Below are positions 1 to 18,869 of a stretch of 64,000 nt of DNA, in pieces. The position numbers and the translations under genes are program-made. The first letter of the stretch is position 1. The number at the start of each line of letters is the position of its first letter. The notes under the pieces are model-generated. The model searched no databases and was not told the DNA's origin. It saw only the letters and a program-made list of their open reading frames with translations. The stretch is from the human T2T-CHM13v2.0 reference genome, Homo sapiens, in contig CP086569.2 in NCBI GenBank assembly GCA_009914755.4, positions 18,400,001 through 18,464,000 on the forward strand. The letters are read 5' to 3'.

Positions 1-4495
<4,495 letters not shown>

Positions 4496-4704
4496 GCAAA
4501 AGTCTGGTATAGCTAATATACCATAATGAAATGTCAACTATAATCCCAGCTCAAAGAGAACACCATAAAATTATGAAGGCTTTTCCATAAATCTCTAAAT
4601 TTATGTCCTCATAAGATTATATTTCTATTTCTTCTTAAATAATTTCCTTATTTTAGCTATGATTTAGTGATAGTAAGATGGTAACTATGAGGAGAAAGTT
4701 CTAA

Positions 4705-5100
<396 letters not shown>

Positions 5101-5862
5101 CTAACCAGCCACTTCTAATGCAGCTGAATAATAGATACTCACCCAACTCAGTCTAAGAATTGAATCCATGTATGGGAGATAAGGCCCCCAAGGAGTGGTA
5201 ATAAGCGGGGAATGCCATCAGCTCATCTTCCTTCAGGCCTGTATTTGTCATTGTCACTTGAAGAAGCAGGACAGCCCTGGCACTGGGATTGTTAGAAACA
5301 GACAGTATCAAAGGGAAAACTGAACTCTCCTAATTTTTGAAAAACAGCAGATAGGAAACAGATGGGCTCCAACGTTTTCCATGTGTGAGGTCATTGTCCC
5401 AGGTAGCCTTGCTCAGGACCACATTTCTTCTCAGCAAAACAGAAGTCAAACAATATTTCTACCTTCCAGGAGAATAGAACTTAATGTCAGATTTTCTCAT
5501 GGATTTCCACAAGTTCAAGAAAGTTTCATGGTCTTCATTTATTTCTTCTTTAGTGGTCTTAGGGTCACCTAGAAATATAAGCTACTTTGTTGGAATTTGG
5601 AAGATAACTCATGCTCCAAAAGTACTTAAAAGATGTGCTTTTTCCCCTGGGAACAGATCCCTAAGTCAAGGCATCTTGCAGGGGAAACAGAATGTAGGCT
5701 GCTTTTCACCTGTCACGTAGTAGGCCTGGTATATTTATCAAGGGCAGAAAAAAACCTCAATTACAGGCAGAATTGATGACTGAGATGCACATTGTCCTTC
5801 TTTATATATCTGATTTTGACATAAATTTCCAGGAACTTGTGTTTTCCATGCCATCCCTTTTT

Positions 5863-6176
<314 letters not shown>

Positions 6177-6784
6177 CATCCCATCCCTTTTTGTTATCTT
6201 CTGTCTCTAGTCATGGGGATATTTTATTTTGCAAACTAGAATGCCCACTTCTTGGCAACAGACACATTTTTTGCTTTGTGACACCCACCAACCAAACCTG
6301 AAATATAACTTTAACCTTAATCCTGATTATAACTGCACATTTATGATTTTTTTAAATACAAATACACTTGTTGTTATGATGGTAGCTTTTCTTCCCATAA
6401 ACCTATATTTCTTAGTGCAGAGCAACAGCTCAGCCTGTTTGGGTTTGGCATGGTGTGTCCCCATGCATTGTTTTTGATTCTGTAACAAAAAAATATTCCA
6501 GTTGGCTTCATTTTGGACACCCTCACTCTCTGACTTCTACTCTCTGCAAATACAATTCTGCTTGAACTCTCTGACTGGATCCAGTCTATCATTAGCTGCC
6601 ATAAATACAACCTCAATACTCAATCTTTGTTTTTTCTTAGCTCTTTATTTGTTCATTTAATTGCCTTATTTAAAGTTTCTCTATTTCTTCTTTTGAAACT
6701 TTCCTTGGTCACTGCTCACAGAAAAAAAAAATAAAGCTCTCGACTAAGAATCCTACACCTAGCATATTTATGTATCAAAAATTG

Positions 6785-7030
6785 AGGATTGCTTGAGTTC
6801 AGGAGTTCAAGACAGACCTGGGCAACACAATGAGACCTCATCTCTGCTAAAAATAATATATATATATATATATTAGCCAGGTGTGGTGGTGTGCACCAGT
6901 AGTCTCTCGGCTACTTGGGAGGCTGAGGTGAGAGAATTGCTCGAGCTCAGGAGATCTAGGCTACAGTGAGCTGTGATTGTGCCACTGAACTCCAGCCTGA
7001 GTGAGAGTTAGGTCTTGTCTCAAACAAAGA
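6785..7030 (+). mobile_element. 5'-truncated Alu with an internal (AT)n tract at 6849-6868
   Basis: 'gcttgagttcaggagttcaagacagacctgggcaacacaatgagacc…gcactccagcctgagtgagag' followed by an A-rich tail. Confidence 0.8.
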
Positions 7031-10000
7031 AACAAAACAACAACAACACCAATACAGAACCTTAGGGAATCTAATAAAAAAGTAGTTTGGGTCAATCTTT
7101 GCTATTTTAAATTCCTGTTTTTTCCATACATTCTAATGCAAGGTAAATGAAAGCACTGGTGAGACCCAGCCTGGAGGGGCTTGCCCTAAGCTTAGTGTTT
7201 GTTATCTCTGGGCAACCCCTACAAAATTTCCAGAGACATCTGGTGTGTGGAATAAGCCAATGTCAGCATCTCAGAAAAGGTTTTCACTTTAGGCCTTCCT
7301 GAATCAAGAGCCTAAGAGTATTGGGATCTACCAGGAGCATATTGTGCTCTGTTAAACATTTTCCATGAGTGACCTGGGCACAGGGTTGTCTCTAGGATGT
7401 AGGTGCTTGGTTACCAGAGTTCTAAGTTCTGTTGGGGTCTGTCACAAAGGAAGTAAGATCACTTTTTCAAAGTTTCATCCTCTGGCTCCTTGCTTTCCTC
7501 CATAAAACCCATCTAAAATGACCTTCTGGGCTACTGACTGCTCACTATCCCTGCGTGTCAACTCTTTAGCTGTGCACAATTATGCAAGAACAGCCCTCCT
7601 CACTTCCCTGAAAAGACCTGAATGAAGCCAGGGTCTCAGGTTTGAGGTCATAGATCTGGGTAAGAACCTAGTATTTCTTATTAGTTCTGTGACACTAGAA
7701 AAGTTATTGTAGGTTTTGGGGCCTTTCAACCTGTACAGTGGGTAATATGCCAGCATCTCCCTAGGGAACTCATCGGGTGTGTATGAGATAAGACCTGTAA
7801 AACTCATGGTGTGGCATCCCATGTAGACAATGCACGCATTTAGAGATAAAATAATTATAAGAAGGAATGGGAGGTAACATAGAATACAACACAAGCAGGC
7901 CTGTGTCCAGCACTGTGATATTGGAAAGTCGCTTCCCCTCTCAGCCTCATTTTTCATTCTACACTAGTAAGAATTTGAGGTGAAATGAAATTCACATGTT
8001 GTCATCCTCTGACATTATTCTTTTTAGAGCCTTCTCATTATATTCAGAATCAGACCCATGTCCCTCATTTTGGCCTATGTGGTTGGCAGACTATAGGAAG
8101 GCTCATAACACTAAGGGGTCTGCAGCTCACTTCTGACAAATGGAATGCAATAAATGTGATATGATAACATTTCTGTCTTAGATTGGCTGTTACAGCAAAG
8201 ATAGAATGAGCCGCTTATCAACAGTACAATGTTCTTCAATGTTCTTTCTCACAGTTCTGGAGGACAGAAGTTGAAGATCAGAATGCCAGCATGGTCGAGC
8301 TCTAGTGAGAACTCTCTCTTCTGAGTTTCAGACTGTAGTCTTTACATTCTATATTTGCCTGACAGATAGTGGAGGATGGAGTTCTCTGGGTTTTTTGTTG
8401 TGTTTTGTTTTGTTTTGTTTATAGAGCCAGTAATACTGTTCCTGAGGCTTTCACCTCATTTTCTCCTCGTCTCTTTCTTCTGTGTTTTGTCCCTCAATCT
8501 ATTTCTCTCATTCTTCTACTTACTCTGCCCATTGTTTTCTCTCCCATTTTCTGCCAATGTCTTTCTCTTTCTCTTTCAATGTGTATTTATTTCCCTGTCT
8601 TTCTACTGCATCCCTCAAGTTCAGAAAACAAGATCCAGAGTTATGAGCTGCCTATGCAGTGGCCTACACAACAGAGAATGAGGGAGTGCCCAGGCCCCAG
8701 GAAACACTCAGGCTCTCAGTCTACACTGAATCTGGACAATACCCATATGAGTGTGCTTGGAATCTAATCCTCTCACAGCTCAGCTTCAGCTGAGAGCACA
8801 GCCCCAGCTTCATGGAGCCCCATGTGCAGGCAACCAGCAAAGCTGTGTCCAGATTCTGGTCCACATAAATTGTGAGATAGTAAGAATTTGTTGTTAAAGA
8901 TGCTAAGTTTGGGGAGAATGTTGTCAGAGAGAAGCAGATCACTGTCTTATTCTTCTAGGTCCCAGAGTCCTCCTTCCCTCTCCTTTTCTCTTCCCCAGGC
9001 TCCCTCTAGCCCTGCCGGCCTCTTTCTCTCATCCTCTGCCAAAGTCACTTCTGCCTGCATTTCTCTGCACCAGGAGTGGCATCTCACTGACACTGTATCC
9101 CCAGAGTTGTGCAGGGCTGGTCATCTGTTGCCACAGAGAGGCATTTGGGTCCCTAGAATGCTATGGCTCCCCGCCCTGCCTTTCAACATCCTACTTTATT
9201 TTAATTATAGCATTTACTCTTCATTTACTTGTACTTGCTTTAGGGTTTTTGTCCATATATCCTCAGACTGCAGGCTTCTTGAGTTGGGGAAAGGGCCACT
9301 CAATCATTTCTCAGCACCACATGCTGGGCCCATCATGGCACTTAGCACAGATTTAGTTCTGTGACAGGGTCGCTGAGTGAATAAATGAGGAAATGTCTAA
9401 CCTCCTTGTCTGCTTCTGATCACCTCATAATGGTATATTTATTTCTTTTAAGAAAAACAATAATTATAGTTGATAGTAAAATATAAATGGCAAAATTAGT
9501 ATAATTTCTGAAGTCTTCTGTTCAGTATTTGTGATAGCTTTTATTATGTAATTATCCCTATTATTATTTTATGTTTTATAACTTTTACATAAATATTGAT
9601 CTTCAGAAAAACCTGTTTTAACTGAGTTGTGACAAAAAATTTTATATTCTATCTACAAATCTTCTATAGTTTAATAATTGTATTATTGTTTTTATGAATG
9701 ATTTTGACCCTGATATTTTGGAAAGAGGAATTCTACAAGTTTCCTAGCAGGTCAGGCCAATCACATTTTGTCATCCAGGATTTAGCATCTGATGTTCCAT
9801 CTAACAGGTGTACAAGTTGATATGTCAAGTAACCCTAAGCCATATGTGCCCTAAATAATTCTAAATTATTTGATGAATATTTAATTTTCTTGTTTAGTTT
9901 TTAAAAATCGTTAATTATAACTTGTTAGTTCATGTGCAACTCTGAACTCATGCACTAGATTTGAATTCTGCAGTTGCTTACCAATCTGGGTCATGGGAAA

Positions 10001-11089
10001 GGTGGATACTTAGGTGAAACAAACAATTTGGGAATGTGTGACAGCTCAGAAAATAATTTCATATTAAAAAACTAGAAGGAGAAGTCAATAGTTGGGCAAA
10101 AGATGAGATATTAGAATCATAAGGGGCAGGAGGGAGAGCAACATGCAAGGAGGCAACAGAAGGACAAGGAGGAGACACATTTACTAAAAAATGTGTCTGG
10201 TTTTTGTTGCTTCTGATTGTAAATTTTTCATCTTTAGACATCTTTAGCAATAGAATATTTTCGTGGAGCAATGTCTCATTCATAATTATGTGTACAGTCT
10301 TCTTGGCTCATTATATGTACCAACTAGAAATACTTCCCATTGGACCTGAAGATTCTTTGTCTTTCTAAAGTGCCTCTCAAAGGAAGAATGTTTGTCTCGT
10401 CAACATTCATTAATGTGGTCATTAAAGGTTCAAATAATCATTGAACTAATGGTATTCAGAGAAATAAGTGTAAGAATTGTAATTAAAGTATATATAAGTA
10501 CCAATACTTTTATCCTAAAATGAAGAGTATTTGGAGAACAGTTTGTGTGTAATCCTGTGCACCTAATGTCTCAGCCCTAATCCAATGGTTGGCCATAACT
10601 TAAAGCAGAAAAATGCCTATGACTCCAGTGGGTATAAAACAAGAGAAAACATGCTGTATGGATTAAAGATGTTTTCTTAAGATGAAAAAAAGTGAAAGGA
10701 AAATGTAACCAGTTTCACAGTAACTGACAGCAACGTTTATCCAAATTAATGCTGATCAAGGGAAAACCACTAACTGTTCTCTCTGTGAGGTTGGCTGAAA
10801 CAATAGGCACAAAGGTCCTATGCCTATGGTCTACCCTCAGATTGTTCTTAAAAAAAATGACTTTACACATTATAATACATGACAGTAACACAAGGATAGC
10901 ACAATGGGATGAAGATGGCCTGATTCTACCAAGAATGTCAACGAAATAGGGTCTACAAAATCTAGGTACCAAACTGATAATAAATAGCTGCAGAACCCAA
11001 CAGAAAGAGAACAGAGTTCAGCTCTTGTGATGACTTAGCACATAATCATGCACTTGAAAAGTCAGGAAAAGCAAGGGAAAGGCGACCTT

Positions 11090-11650
11090 CATGGGTGGTG
11101 CACATAGTCAAGGCTGCCACCTATGGCAGTGGGTAGTTCAGAATATATTTCAGTGGAATCTTCATGTGACCATGAAAATTAGCAGACCACCTGAGGTAAG
11201 TGCCTTATTCAAATATACCATTTTTTAAATCTTTTATAACATAAATTTGCTGTGCCTTTTATGTTTATGTATACAAATGTTGACTATAGTGTTACAATTG
11301 CTTACAGTATTCAGCATAGTAACATGCTGTCCAGGTTTGTAGTTTAGGAGCAATAGGCTATACCATATAGTCTAGGTCTCCAATGGGCTATACCACCTAG
11401 GTTTGTGTAAGTACATTCTATGATGTTCACACAGTAATAATACTACACAATGGTGCATTTCTCAATATATATCCTCATTATTAAAAATGCATGGTTGTAT
11501 AAAAAATAAAATGGATGTTGAAAGAGTGAAGTTGCTATGTATTGTTTCATAACATGTAACCCCAAAACTTTATGGCATAAAATCACAATATTTATTACCT
11601 GAATTTCTGTAGATGAGAAATTCAAGAACAATTATCCTGGTGTTTGTGCC
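11090..11650 (+). mobile_element. DNA-transposon fragment, probably a Tigger1-like (pogo) terminal region
   Basis: Contains the motif '…aggctataccatatagtctaggt…gctataccacctaggtttgtgtaagtacattctatgatgttcacacagtaat…gtgcatttctcaa…' that I recall from the Tigger1 3' region. The family name is from memory and was not computed. Confidence 0.4.
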
Positions 11651-12202
11651 CCAGGCCATCTCATGTGGTTACAGTCAGATTTCAATTGGGGCTGTCATCC
11701 AAACTCTTGACAGCAACTAGAAGATCCACTTTCAACTTTGCTAACATTCATGGCCTGCAAGTTGGTGGGGTTTTTAATTGAAGGTCTCAGGTTCTCTCCA
11801 CATAGATATTTTTGTAGGGATGATTGACTGTTCTCACCAAATAGTGGCTGGTTTCTTTCAGAGAGAGTGGCTTAGGAAAAACAATGCATTAGTGGCAAAA
11901 TCTTTTATGACCTAGACTCAGAAGTCACACATGGACACTTCTGTCACCTTCTATTCACCAGAAAGGATTTTTAAGCTTGACATACCTTCAAGAAGAAAAG
12001 AATTAGGGTCTATGAAAGGACTTCAATAAGTTTGTGAAAAAATGAAAGTAAAACACAAAAATAAAATATATAAACTTTATTTCTCAACATTAGCTTCATC
12101 AAGTCAAGTTCAAGACACTTTTATAAGCAATAATACCAGCCTTCAGTCTATCCCCACAAAAAGTAAGGTCCTGGGAATTTAACAATGTCAGGAAAGTCTC
12201 TT

Positions 12203-12472
12203 TTACATTATTAACTGTAGAAAATGGGTGTCTTTTAAAGCTGTTTTAAAATCAGAAGAGAAAAAGAAGTTGGAGGGAGCCAAATCAGGGTTAAAAGGTG
12301 GATGCTTAATAATTTTCCATGGAAAGTCCAGCAAAATTGTCCTTTGATTTTTTTTAATGAGAGGAAAGAGGAGGAACATTGTTGTGGTGGTGAAGAATTC
12401 TATGGTAAAATTTTCTGGAAATATTTCCCCTAACGCTTTGGGTAACTGTCTCAAAATACTCCATAATAGCAT
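12203..12472 (-). mobile_element. mariner-family (Tc1/mariner) transposase remnant
   Basis: The minus-strand ORF carries '…LLDFPWKIIKHPPFNPDLAPSNFFF…LKDTHF', matching the mariner C-terminal signature '…LGWEVLPHPPYSPDLAPSDYHLF…L.GKRF'. The N-terminal part is degenerate. Confidence 0.5.
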
Positions 12473-12852
12473 GTTTTATTGCATTATGTATTGTTTTGTT
12501 TTGTTTTTGGCCCTCTAGAAAGCCAACAGGCAAAATGCCTTGAGCACCCTGACACTGTTGCTATGAGCTTTGTTCTAGACCAGTAACCTTTTGCTGAGAC
12601 TGGACCACTTTCACTTCTTGGTAGCCGTTGCTTTATTTCTGTTTTATGTTGAAAATTTCATGGAACAGCTGTGTTTGACTTCCTCACACAATTATTTGAA
12701 GAAATGCCTCAAGATCTTAATAACATTTATGTACAATTTCAGTTGAAAGCTCTGTTCTTGTCTGCAGCTGATCTAGGAACAAGAGTTTTCTAATCTATTG
12801 AGTGGAAAAATTCTCAAAATTGTGTGAATTTAAGAGATGGCCATGGTGTTGA

Positions 12853-12910
12853 CTGTTGTTTATACCGTTGTCATTCCTAAACTGTTGTTTATACCGTTGT
12901 CACTCCTAAA
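12853..12910. repeat. 29-bp tandem duplication (2 copies, 1 mismatch)
   Basis: 'ctgttgtttataccgttgtcattcctaaa' at 12853-12881 is immediately repeated as 'ctgttgtttataccgttgtcactcctaaa' at 12882-12910. Confidence 0.85.
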
Positions 12911-15689
12911 GCACGGCATGAACAAGATTAATTTCTTTTCTGGTGAGTTAATGTGAATTGTCTTCCACTGTGGGCTTTATCTTCAACACCTAATCATCCC
13001 TTCTTAAAATGAGTTATTCATTTGTATGCTTGTGAATGTCGGGGGGCATTGTCCCCATAAATTGTTATAAAGAATTAGTTATTTTACTATTCTTTCACCC
13101 AAAATGGCCATAAATTTGATGTTTTTTCTTGCTTTAATTTTAGTAGAATTCATGCTGCTCTAATACGATCTCTTTTCAAATTGGTGTCTTAGTTTCCTTA
13201 TTATAATTCCCCAAATTAGATCCTGTTCAGACATGTTATAACAAAGTTAGTAAAAGTTTATTTAGTTGCAAAATATTTTTGAAGTCTATGCAGAATTTAT
13301 TCTCAATATGCATTTCTCATGAACTTTTTGAAGATCCTTCATACTTTTTGAAGAGTTTCAAATAATTTTTGAATGTATATTTAAACTATTACAAGAAAAT
13401 TATCTATAGAACCAAATTTCAGATTTATCAAGTTTGTGATAGGTATAATAACCAATGGAAATATCAAATGGGCAGCTTAGCTATTGAAATAGAATTAGAG
13501 TTAAATGATTATAGAAGTATTCAGTAAAGACCTGCAGGTATTGAAAAGCATTAAAAATTTTGAAATAAAATAACAGGATTATATGTACCATTTAAGAGGA
13601 GAGATATCAGGAAAAAATAAGAACAGGGAGAAGAACCTATAATAGCAAATGTTATGTAAAATTTAAGGATAGTGAAGCCATTGCTGTTCTTCTCCATAGC
13701 AGCGTTGACATCTCTTTGTTAACAGTATCACTGAAACTCCTGCTTCCATTTCCAAAATCCTGTCTTTCTGAAGCAGAGTTTTTTTCCAGTGACAGCAATC
13801 AAAACAAAATTATGAAGTAGACTGGACATAAGCACCACATTTTGAGTGTCACAGTCTCCCATCACCGTCAAATGGAACTGACTAGTTGCAAGAAAACTAG
13901 CTCAGGGCTCTCACTGATTCTACATTACAGTGAGTTGTATAATTATTTCATTATATATTACAATGCAATATAATAAAGTATGAAATAAACGTAATGTGCT
14001 TGAGTCATCCTGAAACTGTCCCCCTGCCCAGTCCATGGATAAGTTGTCTTCCACGAAACTAGTCCCTAGTGCTGAAAAGACTGGGGAGTGCTGCAATATA
14101 GAAAGAAAAATTTAAAGAGAGGAAAACACAAAATCTATAACAGCTTTAATAATATATGCACTAATGCTGTACAGAATACACTAATTTCATTCATTTATTT
14201 AAGTATCAACCAATACATACAGACCAGTACAAATGCCTGTAATTGTTTTAGGAGAACATTGAATGAAACAGCAAGAGAGAAAGATAGCAAATTAAAAATA
14301 TACGTGTATGATTATCAGAGAAAGACCCCCATCTCTATAAACAAAAATCTACATGTGCACGTCAAGTTGTAATGAGTACTAAGAACAAAAAAGAAGAATG
14401 AGAGAAGAAAGAGACAGATACATTAATTCATGTAGAATGATCAAGGAAGTTTGTCTGGGATTACAGTGGTTAACATTGCAGGTTTTAGAGTCAGACAGAT
14501 GCCAGTTTTTATCCTGGCTCTGTGTCTCGTAGCTGGGTGTCCCATGGACAATTTATTCCACTTTTAAATCTCAGTTTTCAAATTTCTAATTTCTAAATGT
14601 TTATTAGAAATAAAAGCACATGAACAAACTAAACATACATAAAGAATCAAGCACAGAAAACTGATGAGGGTGTATAATGAATCAAGAATAATGGTTATAA
14701 AAATGGAGATAATAAATTTGTCAAACTTATTAGACAATTCTGAAGATTAGAAGATGAATATACATAAAGAATTTTGCATGTCATGTGGCATAACACTCAT
14801 GGTAACTACAATTATTATCCTCATATTACTAAAGGAAAATATGTGTCGTTCTTGGGCATTAAAAAAGCTGTGGGCCGTACTTTTTCAAATTATGCAAACA
14901 CATAAAGATTCATTTTTATGTTAAACAGTTCTTCCTTTAACATTTTTAAAAGAGATTTCTTGAAAGCATATGTCAAAAATCTCATGTAATGCTTTCTGCT
15001 TCTTAACCAAAGTTTAGAGAAACTTAACAATGAAACTTTTAAAATGTAGTTACATTACATAAACTATTTAAGGCAAGAATAAGCACAACAGCTTTAACTT
15101 CTTAAATATGCTTAAGCATTTCAACTAAAAAATTATTTCTTTCAAATTCACAGGAATCTGTTTAGAAAAATTTTAACTAGGAAAAGTTGGAATTCTAAAG
15201 TAAACAGTGCCTAAGGCCATAAAGTTTTTTATGGCTTTTAATTTCAATGTCAACGAGGGGGAAAAAAACATTCTCTGAAATTTGCTTTTATTCCATTAAA
15301 GACTTATTTTTTTATTACCAGCAATACAGAGTGACTCAGGTTGAATCTTGAAGGTAAACTGTAACTTAATTTTAAGTTTTGGCTAATTTTTAAGGATTTC
15401 TCAGTCACCTATCATGATTTCATCTCAGAAACCAAGATCTCAATTTCATATAGACATTTGGAATATTAAAATAGAAGGATAATGCTTCAAAATAATATTC
15501 ATGTAGAGGCTTGCATATGTGGACCAGGAATCTTCATGTATTACAAAGTTTATGAGAACATAACAAATGCTGATACACACATTTAAGTCTGAAACAAAAA
15601 TTTACAACAAACAAAATTGTAACAAATCAAGAAAATTCTGTGGGTTACACATTTTATGTCTAAAAATACAGGTATTAAACACTCAAGGA

Positions 15690-16773
15690 TGGATAGAAGA
15701 ATAAATCACAAGAGAAAACAGAAAATATCTAGAGACAAATTAAAAATATGAAATACCAAAAGTTAAGACATACATCAAAAGCAGTAGCATAAGAGAAAAA
15801 TTTATAGTTATAAATGATTATAAAAAGTAAGATATCAAATCAACAACTTAACTATATAGCTAATGAACTAAAAACAGAGGGAAAAAGAGGGAACAACTAA
15901 AAGCTAGCAAAATAAAAAATGATAAAGATAGCAGTGGAAATAAGTGAAAGAGAATAGAAAAATATCAAAATACAACAAAACCAAGTTTGTTCTCTGAAAA
16001 AGTTCAACAAAACTGACAAACCTTTAACTAGATTGACTAAGAAAAAAAGAATACTCAAATTACAAAACTCAAAAATAAAATGGATTCATTACTACCAAAT
16101 TTTTGGAGTAAAAAAAGAATGTAGGAGGGTACCATAAGAAACTGTACACTTAAAAATTGAATAACATAAATAAAACGAACAAATTCCTAGAAACAAAAAA
16201 CCCACTAAGACTGAATATGAAAAGTTGAATAAACCTATTCAGAAAGGAGATTCCGCAAGAAGACTGCATCAGTAATCAAAAACCCAGCAACAAAGAAAAG
16301 CCTGGACCAGACGGCTTCACTGTTGAATTCTACCCAACATTTAATGCAGAATTAACACCAGTTTTTCTCAAGCTTTTTCAAAACGTTGAAGAGGAGGTAA
16401 CATTTTCTAACTTATTCTATGAGGCTAGAATTACCCTGACACCAAGCCAGAAAAAGACACTATAAGAAAACTACAAACATCCCTTACAAATGCTGATTCA
16501 AAAATCCTCAACAAAATACCAGCAATTGAAATTTATCAGTACATTAAAAGGATTACACACTATGAATGAGTATAGTTGACTCCTGAAATAAAATTATGTT
16601 CCAACACATGAAAATCAGTTTAATATCACATTAACATAAAGAAGGAAAAAACCCTCATGTGATCATTTTAATCAAATAAAAGAATTTGTCAAAATTTAAC
16701 CCACAATCATAAAAATATACTTAATAAGCTATAAAAATAAATAAAATATCGATGTAATGTTATATTAAAAAAT

Positions 16774-16813
<40 letters not shown>

Positions 16814-18868
16814 CTAACCTTATGGTGAAAGACTGACAGATTTTACTCTAAGAGCAAAAACAAGGATGCCTGTTTTCACTACTTCTATTTAATATAGTAC
16901 TGAAGATTCTAATTAGTTAAAACAAAAAGGCAAGTAAAAGAGTGAAAGATATTCCAATTTTTGAAAAAGTAAAATTATCTGTTCGCAGATGACATAATCT
17001 TATATGTTAAAAATCTTCTAGTTTCTGTGAGTTAAACTGTCAGATGCAGTAAATAAAATTCAGCAAAACTGCAGGATAGAAAATCAATACACACAAATTA
17101 GTTGTATTTCTGCAATAATAATAAACTATGTGAAGAAGAAATCAAGACAACAGTATAATTTATGATAGCATCAAAACAATAACATATTAGGAACAAACTT
17201 AACCAAGGAAATGAAAAACCTGTACAGCAAAAACTATAAACATTGCAGAAAAATATTAAAGATGATACAAATAAATGAAAAGACGTCATGTGTTTATTAT
17301 GGATTGGAAGACAAAACCTTGTCAAGATGCCATTGTTATCAATAGTCATCCATGAATTCAATAAAATCACTATAAAAATTCCAATATTTGCAAAAATAGA
17401 AAAACCTGTTCTAAAATTCAGATGAGATTTCAAAAAACCCCAAGTAGCCAAATCAATCTTAAAAACTAACAAAATTAGAGGACTAACACCTCCTGGTTTC
17501 AAACTTACTGCAACGCTTCAGTACCCAAGACAATGTTGTACCGGCATAGAGACAGACAGAAAGACCAATGCAATAGAAATAAAGAACCAAAACATATGGT
17601 CATGATTTTTAACAAGGTAGTCAAAACTATTCAATGGGAAAGGACAGTATTTTAAAAACGGTGTTAACAAATGAATATTTACATGAAAAACAACGAAGTT
17701 CAACCCTTACTTTACACCACATAAAAAACTTAATTTAAAATAGACCAAACATCTAATTGTAAGTGCTGAAACTATAAAACCCTTAGAAAAAAACATAGGA
17801 AAAGAGTTTCATAACATAGAATCTGGCAATAATTTCTTGGATATGTCAGTGAAAGCATAGACAACAACAAAAACAACAATACACAAAAATAACTTCATCA
17901 TAGTGAAAAGCTTTTGTGTATCTGAGATACAATCAATAGATTGAAAATACAATTCACGGAGGGGGAGAAAATATTCACACATTTATGTATTTCACAAGTA
18001 ATTAATATCCAGGCTATATAAAGACCTCAGAAACAACAACAAAACAATCAAATTTAAACATGAGCAAAGGTTTTAAAATACACATTTCTTTAAAGAAGAT
18101 ATACAAATGACCAGTAAGCACAGTATAAGGAGCCCAGCATCAGTAATCATGAGAAAAAAGTAAATCCAAACCACAATGTCATACCAACTGACACATGTAA
18201 GTATAGCTACCATCAAAAAAACCACCAGCAGCAAACTAAAACAAACAACAAAGCTCCAGAAAGCAGCAAATGCTGGATGTGGAGAAGTCAGGACTCCTGC
18301 ACTCTGCTGGTGGGAAAGTAAGATGGCACAGCCACTGTGGAAAACAGTAATCACTATGTGATCCAGTAATTCGACATCTGGGCCTATACCCCAGAAAACT
18401 GAAAGTGGGAATTTGAACACCCATGTTCGTAGCAGCATTCAGAATAGCCAAAGGGTAGAAAAAGCCCAAAGGTCCATCTACAGATGAATGGATAAGCAAA
18501 TGTGAGCCATACACACAATGACATATTATTCAGCATTAAAAAGAAAAGAAATTTTAATACATCCTACAACATAAACCTTGAAAAGATTAAAACAAAAAAT
18601 GCAAATACTCCATGCTTTTCACTTTTATAACAAACCTACAACGGTTAAATTCATAGACACAGGAAGTGGGATGTGGTTTCCAGGGGATAGGGGGAAGGGA
18701 AACGGGAGCTATTGTTCTGTGGATACAGTGTTTCACTTTGGGATGATAAAACAGATTTGAAAATGGATAGCGGTGATAGTTGCACAGCAATGTATTTGTA
18801 CCTAATGTACTTAAATTTTCTATTACACATATTTTACCACAGTAAAAAATTAGCAAATATTTAAAAAT
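15690..18868 (+). mobile_element. Old LINE-1 (L1M/L1PB-like), 5'-truncated, ORF2 to 3' end; contains an (AC)n at 16775-16812
   Basis: Translation matches ORF2: '…KKPGPDGFTVEFYQTFN.EL.P.FLKLFQ…', '…LSLFADDIILY…' and the C-terminal 'GCGE…TP.LCWWE…' region. The 3' end reads '…acagtaaaaaattagcaaatatttaaaaatc'. It is littered with stops and is ancient. Confidence 0.75.
16775..16812. repeat. (CA)n microsatellite, about 19 repeats
   Basis: An uninterrupted 'cacacaca…' run. Confidence 0.95.
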
Positions 18869-18869
18869 C

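Noticed and set aside
8180-8330. Possible ancient repeat ('…tctttctcacagttctggaggacagaagttgaagatcagaatgccagcatggtcgagctctagtgagaactctc…')
   Set aside because: It resembles a widespread mammalian repeat family that begins '…ttctcacagttctggaggctggaagtccaagatcaaggtgccagc…', but I cannot confidently name the family or set boundaries. It was not called as a feature.
8369-8767. 132-aa and 101-aa ORFs in a pyrimidine-rich tract
   Set aside because: The sequence is CT-rich low complexity ('ttttgttttgttttgttt…ctctttctctttc…'). The translated product is a poly-Leu/Phe/Ser artefact.
9280-9400. Possible MIR 3' fragment ('…cacttagcacagatttagttctgtgacagggtcgctgagtgaataaatgagg')
   Set aside because: It only loosely resembles the MIR tail motif ('…gcacatagtaggtgctcaataaatgtttgttgaatgaatga'). 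It is too short and diverged to call without alignment.
17098-17502. 134-aa minus-strand ORF
   Set aside because: It lies inside the plus-oriented old L1 and is an antisense frame through AT-rich ORF2 sequence. It has a hydrophobic, low-complexity composition typical of antisense L1 ORFs.
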